NCBI GenBank assembly: GCA_001643675.2
Contig: LSRY02000096.1
Span: 1 to 25,606, forward strand
From: Monocercomonoides exilis PA203
Taxonomy: Eukaryota > Protista > Preaxostyla
Reading direction: 5' to 3'
Length of the DNA stretch: 25,606 nt
Both the position numbers and the translations under genes were made by a program. Within the stretch, counting starts at the first letter, position 1; the number at the start of each line of letters is the position of its first letter. The notes beneath the pieces are model-generated. The model was not told where the DNA came from. It searched no databases and saw only the letters and a list, made by a program, of their open reading frames with translations. Of this stretch, positions 10,128-20,638 are shown one piece after another.

Positions 10128-11382
10128 ATGAAATTTCTATTTTTCTCCTCTTTTATTATTGCGTATTCTTCTGACAAACAAAATCCTCCAAATATTTTTC
10201 GCATTCATCTCAATCATCTTCCTCCACACCCACAACCCCATCGATGGTGCCATTCTCCCTTCCATCAACTGCCCATCCACCTCTCTCTCTGCCTTCAATA
10301 CCTCTTTTCTCCACCAAACACGCTCTTCACCAAATGCTCCTGTTGAACACATTGGAAATGAAACTCACAGAGAGAAATTAAGCAGATTGTCCTTCACTGC
10401 TTTGAATAGCTATCGCTTTGAGTGGTGCGAATGGAATGATTCAACTGGTGGATCTTCATCTGGCGGTGCACTTTATGTTTATTGTGCAAATGCCAATCTC
10501 ACAATCACTTCCTGTTCATTCAACAAATGCTCAAGTAACGGATACGGTGGAGCGTTATATTGTAATCTTTCGTTGAAGATTGATATCGCAAAATCCAATT
10601 TCACAAGTTGTACTGCGGCTCATGGAGGAGCTGCTTATATTGGCTGGCCGCAATCCAGTTCTGTTTGGGTATTATCAGAAAACCGAGTTGAAAGTTGCGA
10701 AATAACAAGTTGGTGTGGAACTGGCTGGGAAATCGTGCTTGATAACATGACATCAAATGGAAAATTTTTGTTCAAAAATTGTGTCTGTATCGCAAATACT
10801 GGTGGAAATGCGACTGGCGCAGTCACGTTTCATTACCCTCCACCAGTAATACCTCTTCAATATTTGCTCCAAGAGTGCCAGTTCATCAACAACAAAGTCG
10901 AAAATCCAACTACCTACGGCGGTGCTGCGCTGTGCTGCACAAGAACATATGATTGGATGAGCGGGTTCAAATTCATCACTTTCTGCTTCTTCGATGGCAA
11001 TTCCGCAACTAATGGAATGGGGAATGATGCGTTCTTCAATGGCAGCAGCATCACCCAATCCCCATTCAATCAGTGCGGGTCAACAACAGAATCAAAAAGA
11101 GTCTGGAATGCAGGAACAGCTGATAACGCTGTGTTCAACAGATGGCTTCCTCTCATAACAACATTCAAAATCGTGTCAAATAATGGAACAAACACCGATC
11201 TCTGCGGAATCACACAACTCAATCCATGCAAAACAATTGAATTTGCTCTTGTTCGCATGACAGATACCCAAGACGCCTCTCTCACCCTCCTTTCCTCAAT
11301 ATTTGTTCCAACTCAAACACTCACCTTCAGCGCAGTTGACACAAAAATCACTGGAAATGATAAACTTTTTCCGATTTCTTAA
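10128..11382 (+). CDS. Pmp-like beta-helix protein, paralogue A (right arm)
   Basis: ORF 10159..11382 is identical in protein to 1405..2628. The signal-peptide-like ORF starts at ATG 10128 in another frame. Confidence 0.75.
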
Positions 11383-14245
11383 TTCAATGCTTTTCTAATT
11401 TTCATCATTTTAAATATTAAACTTTCTTTAATCGTTTCATCTTCAAATTTTGATTCATTTTCCATATCATTGAAAAATTCATGAGCTTTCATCTTCTTTT
11501 CATTTGAAGTTTATATCATCGCTTATTTTTCAAAAATCTATAACGTCAGATCAGATAAAAATACTTCTTCAAAATTTCTTCATCTATTTTCTCCTTTTCA
11601 TCAAATGCAAATTCCACTTGTTGCTTTTGGGAATGCTTTCTATTATTCGTCTCTCAAAATGTATTTCTTCGTTTGAATCATCTTCATTTTCAACAATAGC
11701 CAATTTATCCTTTTTCACCTGCTCTCTTTTGTTCATTTTTATCATTTCTCTTCTTATTTCATAGAAATTCTTCCAATAAATGCAACCCCAATGAATTTTT
11801 TCAACAAGAAATTTTCTGTTTCAAAAAACTGTTTTTTTGTTCTTCGGTGCTTTGACAGAGTCATTTAATGTATTTCGAGAGATCCAAAATATCGAAGAAA
11901 CAACTGATTTTTCCTCCACAATATTCAACCAAATGATATTTTTCACACTTTCCCATTCATCATTATTCCATTTCTGCCTTTGTTTGTTTGTTTGTTAGCT
12001 TCTTCATTCACAAATTCTGTCTGCTTTTTTTTCCAAAATTTTATTTGGCACCAATACACGAGAAGAAGAAGACAATGATGAAGATGAAGAACGAAATGAA
12101 ATTTCTTGAGAAGGATTCAGCAGCAATGGTGATGATAGCTTTAATGAAGAATTCAACGTTCAGCTTTGTGAGCACCAAAGACAACAACAGCAAACATGGC
12201 TGAAAAAGAAACTAATCCAATGCTCCAACTCAGAATATGAATGACAGAACAAGTCAATCAGAATTAATTGCTCTTCACATTCTTCTCATTTTTGTCCAGT
12301 TTTTCATATCTCTTTTTCCTTTTTCTTTCATCATTCTGCTTTTATCTGCTTTTTCTTATTGATGGAGAAAGAGAAGATACCTCACTCACATTCTTTTCTC
12401 ACAATATAATCCAAAAGTTCTGCTCCAATTGCATTTCCCCTTCATCTGCTTTGTTGCCACATAAATAAATATTTCTTCATTCATCAATCATTTTCTATCC
12501 TTATTCTATTTCCTTGACTGATCTCTCTTAATCTCTGCTCAAAATTGTTCTTTTCCTCTCCATTTTTCTTCAATTCATGAAATGTTCTTAAAATCTATTC
12601 TTCCAAACCCCCTTTTTTCTCAAGCCCAATACAAAAACAATGCATTCATGAAAATATCAAACTTTTTATTTTTGGTTGCTGAGAATGAATTGAAAAGACG
12701 CAGCGAATGAACTCACAGCTTTGATGCAAATGATTGATGTGTTCAATGGAAAAGTCTTTCTTTGCCTTTTCCCATTTGTTCTCCAATTTTTCTGTTATAA
12801 AAGACATTCTTAATGAAGACGAAAAGAAGAAATTCTGTTTGAGACTATCATGATTTCTTTGTTGTTGATGATGATAGAAGAACAAGAAGAACGAAGAAAT
12901 ATCAGTTGTGAAGTGTTTAATGTTTGTTGACGGTTTGTCGAGAAGAATTTGAAACAAAATGCGTTTTTGGAAAATGGTGATGAAGATGAACAATGATGAT
13001 TTTGATCTAAAGATATGAGCTTCAAGAGAGATGAATATTGAACGAGAAATCAGCAGCAGAATTGACAGATGGATGAAATGTTGAAGAATAAATCAGTGAG
13101 TGGGAGAGTTGATTGAATTGCCGAAGAAGATGAAGATGAAGATTTTGAATATATAAACACCATGTGATATTCAATGAACGCCTTCTGCTTCAAGCATCCC
13201 ACAAATTGAATTGCGAATAAATTGGTTGTTCTGTCAGAACATGATAAAAATTCTCCAAAAAACACTCATTGAAAAGAAAGTGCCAAATCCATTTCTGTGA
13301 AAGTGACTTGTCTCTCTTTTCGGGTGGACTGACTTTCTTGTCTTCCATGTGTAATTTTGTTAATCTTTAGCCATCTTCTCCTTGTTTCATTCATCTGCGT
13401 TGAGGAAAGGTTATAAACATTTTCCGTTTTGAAAGTTCTGATACCCCACTTGAAAAGAATTTATTTAATCCATTCATTTAACTCTCATAATGCGTAATAA
13501 TTTTGAAAGTTAAATATCGAATATTATTTAAATTTTTATTCCATTATTTTTATTTGGGATTAATGCAAAAAATTTGACTTTGAATGATATCCATTTTCAA
13601 ATAAGAATTTATTTCGAATTATAAACTTGTACTCATGAATTGAATTCTCGATAAACAACAAGTCAGTCATTATCAATTTCGAAAAAACTTGAAGGAAAAA
13701 ATATGTAAATATTGCGCTTAAAAAATTAAAAAAAATCACTGAACTAATTTTTTTTTTTTCAAGTGCGTTTTTGAAGGAATTAAATTATCCAAATTAAAGT
13801 CGATTTTTATTTTTCACTTTCTCAAATGAAGTTGAGAATTGAAAAAAAGAAGTGAGTTAATTTGAGAGTTGTGCACATTTTTTTTGAACAAAGTTATGTT
13901 TTATTCGAATTGATTGATGTTCTTTGAAATGAAAATTCATTATCAAATTTCAACATCTATTTTTGGAAAATAATAAATTAAATAATAATCCTTCGATTCA
14001 TAAAAGAAGGATAATCAACATATCGATGGAAGACAAATATTATTTTTTTCGAATTATTTACAGAAAAAAAATATGAATAATAACAAATTTTCTCAATCAA
14101 AATTTGCAGATTGCTTTATAATATTTGTCAAAAAATTAGAAATTATATTTCTCTGAATTTCATGATTAAATCATAACTATAAAAAGTGAATATAAAAATT
14201 AGAATATTAATGTGATCAAAAGACCCAAATTAAAAGTCTTTTTCA

Positions 14246-15182
14246 ATGGAAGGCAAATCGCTCTCTCCTTCAGATGAAAACATCCTATCAGCTTTGGAAG
14301 TTGGATCAGCATTAAAAACAGAAGAAAAGAAAGCAAAGCTCGTGTCATTAATTAAATCACTTGCAGTTGCTTTGACTAATGAAGGAATCGTTGAAGAAGA
14401 TAGTCCCATTGAAGTAGCATTGAACAAAGCGTTCAGCAAAGAAGAAGAAATTGGTTTTATTTTTGAATAAATTCGATAAAATTTTCATTGCATATTTTAA
14501 AATTCGTATTTTTAATTGCTTTGAAATGATTTTTTAAAGATGAAAAGCCAATCACAGAAAAAGATCTTGAACAATTCCAAACCAGATTCACTTCAGAACT
14601 TGTCGAGGTTATTGACAATTTTTGAAGCACATTTTTTTAAACGAACGATTCCAATAACTCACGTTAAAAATTTTGATTTTATTTACCGATACAGGAATTA
14701 TCAACAATGAAGACAGTATGCAAATGTGCTATTGATCAGTTTGTGGATATCCCAGGTCCAGATCCCGATGAAGTTTGCATATTATTAATTTTTGAGATTT
14801 TGTTCAAATATGAAAATTTTCAATAATATTCAAGATCTCTTTTTCACCCAAATCAGCTACAAAAGATGATGAGGAGGAAAAAGAGGAAAAGAAAGATAAA
14901 AAGGAGAAAAAAGCTAAGAAATCAAGCAAGAAGAAGAAGAAGAAAGAGCACAAATCCGAATCTTCATCTGATTCATCTTCTGATTCAGAATCAAGTTCTG
15001 ATGAAGATTCTGATGATGATTCCGACTCGTCTTCAGAATCAGATGAAAGCTCTGATTCCGATTCGTCCTCGGATTCCTCATCCAGTGATTCAGATTCAGA
15101 TAAGAAAAAGAAAAAAGAAAAGATGCCGAAAGGAAGTTTGAAAAATATTAAAAAAAAAAATAATTTTAAATTCAAAACATGA
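14246..15182 (+). CDS. Multi-exon hypothetical protein with Lys/Glu-rich and Ser/Asp-rich tracts (exons 14246-14453, 14540-14607, 14695-14772, 14835-15135 or read-through to TGA at 15180-15182)
   Basis: Three AT-rich GT..AG introns (14454-14539, 14608-14694, 14773-14834) join in frame: ...KEEEI-D-EKPITEKDLEQFQTRFTSELVE-ELSTMKTVCKCAIDQFVDIPGPDPDE-ISFSPKSATKDDEEEK...SSSDSSSDSESSSDEDSDDD... Confidence 0.75.
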
Positions 15183-15327
15183 ATTTTTGATTTAAAATGA
15201 AAAATATCAACATTTTTTATTTGATTTCTGAAATAATTCTTAAATACTTGCAGATTTTTATATTTATATTTTTATTTATTTAACTTCTTTTCTTTTCTAT
15301 TTCTTACATTCTTTCGATTCATGATAG

Positions 15328-15963
15328 AGGTGACTATTGGATGGGCGAATCCAACCCTTTCCGGAGTCACATTGAAGAAAAATGTGCTTACGTGGTCCAG
15401 CTCAACCACGGGGATGAGCATGCTAAAGAAGCCCGTGAAAAGGGAATCTGGAAATTTGAGTTTATGATGAAGGATGCGAGATACGGCAGCTGGACGCCTG
15501 TGTTTGGCATTGCTGTGTTCCCGAGGACGTATTCTCCTTCTTCCTGCTTTGGCCACGATTCGCAGTCGATGGCGTGGTATGCGGGAGGAAGCACGTACCA
15601 GGGTGGGACGAGCACCAGCGGGAACGAAACATTCCAGGATGGGGACAGATTGGGGATGGAGATCAACATGAAAAAGAAGATGGTGATATTCTTTAAGGAT
15701 AAAAAGAGACAGAGAATTTACTACACAGGAATACCGAAAGTTATTGTGCCTGGAGTTTGCTGTTATATTTTGACATTCCGGCGATTCAAAAGAAATAATG
15801 CTGTTATTTTTTATTTCTTCTCCTCTCTCTTAAAAATTTCGTGATTTTATTTTAGGTTGGGCTGGGAAAAGTTGGGGCAACAGTTACACTTATAAATATG
15901 AGGACTATCCACAAATTTTCATTCAAAAAGAAGTCTGATGACTTGAAATTAGTGTGGAGATAA
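15328..15963 (+). CDS. SPRY/B30.2-like domain (exons ~15328/15341-15754 and 15856-15963); probably the 3' part of the gene starting at 14246
   Basis: GIWKFEF...W..VFGIA...FGHDSQSMAWY..G...FQDGDRLGMEINMKKKMVIFFKD...IPKVIVPG|VGLGKVGATVTLINM matches the SPRY pattern. Intron 15755(GTTTGC)-15855(TTTAG) is in phase 0; stop TAA at 15961-15963. Confidence 0.75.
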
Positions 15964-16054
15964 AACGTAATGAAAAGTGGAGCTTTCTTATTTGTGAACG
16001 GTCAATGATTGAGAATTTGATCATGTTCATTGCATTTTAAGTTCATTTTTTTTT

Positions 16055-16074
16055 GTGTGTGTGTGTGTGTGTGT
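16055..16074. repeat. (GT)10 microsatellite after a poly-T run
   Basis: Read directly. Confidence 0.9.
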
Positions 16075-16523
16075 TGAATACTTCATCTCAATGCTTTGTT
16101 TTAGTCGGTTTGTTGGTTTTTTCCAATTAAAAATTGTTCAAAAACAGGCAAAGAGTTGAAAATGTAATTTGTCTATTAAAACGTTGCAATTATTCCACAC
16201 TGCATTCAGCTAAGAAGAGTACTTTTTGAGTAGGCGATTTCTATTGAAAACTTCAATAATCTCGAGATACTGAATTAATAGCACTTAATTATTCAAAGGA
16301 AAAAGAGGATGCTCAATCCGTTTTAGAAGGAAAAACAATTCGACATTAACCAACTCTACAATTTCTAAAAAAAGTGTTAATTAATTTATCACTTTCTCAA
16401 ACTTCTTAATTTCATTAAAACATGTGATTATTAAAAGCTATTAAAAACAAAAGCAATATGACAAAAAAGTTTTCAATTTGTTAATAAAAACATCAAACAA
16501 CATTCTTCTGAATAGCTTTATTT

Positions 16524-19224
16524 TCAGTCATTATCAATGCTTTTCTCGTTTTCTAAATCATTTCCACTTCCATTTTTCCTCTTTCTTCTTCTCTTTCTTT
16601 TAATTCTGCAATTACGCCGATCAAAAGTCCACAAGCAATCGCTTCCTTCTAATTTTTTCTCGCCAATCAAATGATTTGTTAAATTGAAGAGGATTTTATG
16701 TGACTCAATTCGATTCTTTCGAGTGTACGCAACTTTTCTCCGAATGAACGCTAATGCGCGATTTGTTCTTTGTTCTTGCGTTTTTTCTTGCAAACCAAAA
16801 ATACTGTAATATCCAGGTCTTTCCATAGAATCATCATAAATTCCAACTTTTTCCTCATTGCTTATAAGTTCCCGCTTGGTTTGATTCGGTAAGAACGCTA
16901 ACTTCAATTGAGAAAACGAAGAAAACGAACAAAAAGGAACAACAAATGGAGGAAATGCAAAATTGAGAGAGGGAGATATCGAATAACTTTTCTTTCCTGG
17001 ATGCATCACATTTGAGGAGATAAATGCTTCATCGCTTTGAGAAAAGAACCACAACAAGTAATGATCTTCATCTGATAATGCAGAACATTTTCTTTCAGGT
17101 GGAAGCGACTCACCATCTGTCCTGTTAAAAGTTGGATTTGAAGTCCTTTTGAATGAAGAATCTGTGTTTGCAAAACATTGAACCCCCAGATATGAGTTCG
17201 TTCGATTCGATGAACATGTTTGATTTGGCTTTTGCAAATGAGAAAAAGATTGCTCGAATATGCTTGTTGAAGTAACTTCTTTTTTGTTGTGTTGCATTTT
17301 CAAGTTTTGACTTTTCTTTTGCAGCTTTTCAGCTTTTCTCATTGAGTCTTTCACGCACTGCTCAACATAACGATCCAAATCGCTCATTTCCTTCATTCTC
17401 ACTTCTTTTTCCATTTTCTCTTCCATTTTTCCAATTTTAATTTTTAGCTGCTCTTTATCAAGTTCACTCATTCCACGTGCTGAACCTTCAATAAGCACGT
17501 TTCGTAACTCCTCAAGTGTTAACTCATCCGAAACATTTGACAAATCTTCCGCTTGGCTACCTTCAACTGGAATATCTTTCCTCTCCAAAAGCTCTTTAGG
17601 TGCAAAAATCTTATTCTTCTCAAGCGCTTTCTTTCTCGCTTCTTCCCACATCTGTTTTTCTTCTTCGCTTCTAAGAAATGGATTCTCAACCCACTTTCCA
17701 AACAGTCTCAGGTGCATCTTTGCTTCTTGTATTTCCCTCTTAATTATGCGCAACCTCGCTCGTCTCTCCTTTTCTTCACGCAAACGTGCGTTGTGGAAAT
17801 ACTCATTAGCACTTCTTTCCTTTTCAGTATCATTTTCTTCATCACATTGCAAATCAAACGACTCTTCTGTTTCAGTCTTTCTTTGATCAACAACTTCGTT
17901 AATCGCTACCCTTTCTTCCATCATCATCCTTCTTCTTTCTTGCTTTTCTTCTCTTTTCTTCCACCGTAAAGCCATCCACTCTTCGCGAAACTGTGCAATA
18001 GCTGAATCTCTCTCTCCGTTCTTTTCCGTGTCAATGTCGTAGCACAACTCCCGCTGGCTTGCCCGAACCGGATGCCATCTGGCAATTGTCTCTGTGATGT
18101 GAGGATCAAGTGAATGAGACGACAGCGTTGATGATGTTTCAGTACACGAAGTGTTTTCTTCTGTCGAAGACGAATCACATTCCAAAGCAGAATCGACATA
18201 ATGTGAAGAGATGAAATTTGAAAGAGGAGGTTTTGAAGAAGGATTGAAAGGAAAAGAAATACAAAGAGAGTTTTGAGCTGTGGTGGTGGTAGAAAATGCA
18301 TCATTTTTGATCGACTGGCACTTATCGTTCTCAAATGAAGAATCTTTTGAAGAATTTGTTTTTGCTTCCTCTGCATTTCTTGCAAATGTAGTTGTATGCT
18401 CGCTTCTTTTACAAGGTCGCATGAAGTCATAAAATAAATAGGATACTCCTTTTCTATCTCAAAGTAATTCTCGCAATGTCTTGAAGCATTTGCCAAATTC
18501 ATTGCTGGTATTTCATTTTGCCGTTTCTCTTGAAGCTCGTTTTGCGTATCTTTAGTTGAGTTATCAAAATAAAGTGGATTTTGATACGAACTGTTCGAGG
18601 GTTGACATTGAAAATCATTCAAATTGTTGTCAGAGCGTTGATAAATTTGATCCAATTCACTTGAACTTTTATCAATAGAAGAAGGGAAATCAAATGAATA
18701 ATGAAATTGTTGTTGAGTGTTTGGCCCAATCGATTCATGACTTTTTCCAATTGGAAAACGCAAAAGCTCTGAATGTTCAAAATCTTGATCAATATGTGAA
18801 GAATGAATCAAATAAGGAAAAGAAGATTTAACAGTTTCATTCTTTGTCGTATGTGAACTTTCCTTTTCGAAGAAGTGTGATGCTTCTGCAGACGATTGTT
18901 TCATGAAATTATCCCAATTAAGTAAATTAGACGATTTCTGCTGATAACAAGGTTTATGCTCATCAATAACAAGTTTCGCAACTGCATCATATCCACGCAA
19001 ATTATTGGTCGATGTTGTATCAAAAGAAGAAGAATAAGAAGGAATAGGCTGCAATAAATTTGATTTGTCTATTTGACAAACTTCTTCTGTAAAAGAATGC
19101 ATATTCTAAAGAGTCAATGGAAAATAAAGCAATTTTAGATAAAAATAAAGCAAGGTCAATGTCAAACGAAAGTGTTCTCCTTTTCCATTTGAAAAAATTA
19201 ACTAACTTGTATTTTTCTCCTCAT
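16524..19224 (-). CDS. Hypothetical ~850-aa Ser-rich/coiled-coil protein with a basic NLS-like C-terminus
   Basis: Micro-exon 19224-19207 (MRRKIQ), intron 19206(GTTAGT)-19106(TAG), then ORF 19102.. switching at ~18450 into ORF 18422..16524. It has an E/K/R-rich helical middle and a KRKRRRKRK tail. No family recognised. Confidence 0.6.
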
Positions 19225-19392
19225 CAAAAAAATAAGGGTTCAGAAAAGTCAAATATTTATTTTCGTTTAAAAAGTTATTCAACCAAACATAAAAACAAAC
19301 GCAACGAGTAAAAGAAATAAAATTATTACAAAAACAACTGCTAATAAGTTGTTTTTCTATTTAAATATTTAAAATTATCAAATATTAATTAA

Positions 19393-20233
19393 TTAATTGC
19401 GTGCATGAAGTGCTTTCTCCATCACGTATGGATTCTCTTTCACAAGTTTAACGTTGAGTCCATCAGGAACAATTTTGCCTGATGCGCGCAGTTTCCTGTA
19501 TTGGTCTTGTGTGTATTTTGTGAATCCCCATTTGTCAGAAACAACAACCTTTTGTCTTCCTGGGAATTTCATTGAAGCACGACGAAGACCTTCAACAAAT
19601 GCAGCCTTGCACTTTTCTGGTCCACGAACGGAGATGATAACATCGCCAATATCCACACGTGCAACAAGACCGCATGGCTTTCCCCATGCGCCTCTCATTC
19701 CTGTTTGAAGTCTGAAATGGATAATAAGAAAATTTGAAATTATGAAATATGAAAACATGATTCTAGCAAACCTATCAGCGCCTGCACATGAAAGCATCTT
19801 ATTAATTCTGATAACATGGAACGGATGAGCACGAACACGAATGTGGAAAGCATCTTTTCCTCCGTATTTTGTGACATATTTGTTGACAGCAACACGTGCC
19901 GCTTCGAGTGCTTCACTTGAAAGTTGTTCCTTCTCGAGAGAAACGAGATGAACACAAAGAGGGAATTCATCAACGGTCGCAGTTTTTCTGCCTAAGTCAA
20001 AGTTTCTAATCTTTGGATCTGGAACACCACGGTTAAAACGAGATTTTGGAAACGGTCTGTTTTTCTGGTAACGATAGCAACGTGCTGGTCCTATTTAAAA
20101 GAAGTTAAATCAAATACATCAAAACAATTTGATATAACATTTTATTCAACGTTCATTCAAAAAATAATTTTTATAAAAAATTAGGTGAATACAATAATTT
20201 TTATAAAAATTCGAGTTACAAACTTCTTCCCAT
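19393..20233 (-). CDS. RPL10: 60S ribosomal protein L10 (uL16), 3 exons: 20233-20224, 20090-19772, 19711-19393; 215 aa
   Basis: Spliced product [32 protein letters not shown]...[13 protein letters not shown]...[31 protein letters not shown]...KFPGRQK...WGFT is unmistakable eukaryotic uL16. Introns are 20223-20091 (133 nt) and 19771-19712 (60 nt), both GT..AG. Confidence 0.98.
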
Positions 20234-20638
20234 GTATTCTTAAAAATAAAAATGATTGATCGAGAATACCAACATCGGAATTAATTTTATTCCCATCAGT
20301 CAAAAAACTGAAGTTTTTCGGAAAAATAGAAATCAATATGAATCAGAAAAAGTCATAATAAAATACATTTTCTATTCTCAAATTACATTTTAACAATTAC
20401 TCCGACATAAAACACATTGCATAGACCAATGATAATGACCTCAAAATGAATAAATTTGGCATTTCACTTCAAACATCTTTTTAAAAAAACAGAAAATTGT
20501 GCGAAATCAAATAAATAATTATAGTAATGTGCAAAAAATTAACTAAAACAAAATTAAAAATAAAAATAATAATAAAAAATAAAAAATAAAAATACATAAA
20601 AAAGAAACATATTTATTATTATAAAAATATATCACATT

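Larger units (their letters stand above)
6286..12796. repeat. Right arm of the inverted repeat, including a 420-bp segment (6310-6729) absent from the left arm
   Basis: Direct reverse-complement match: 6730 aattcttgaatcatatttaaaag pairs with 6051 leftwards, and ...ctccaatttttctgtt (ending 12796) pairs with 2-17. Confidence 0.95.

Noticed and set aside
1-12796. Autonomous transposon or Polinton with long TIRs
   Set aside because: No transposase, integrase or polymerase ORF in the arms or spacer.
11400-13400. Short ORFs of 66-115 aa (and mirrors at 279-1283)
   Set aside because: Low-complexity F/S/L-rich translations with no recognisable motifs; frames differ between arms.
17924-18400. Genuine dual-frame overlapping genes
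   Set aside because: The 3' part of the 392-aa ORF is shadow read-through after a frame switch; its composition fits the 632-aa frame.
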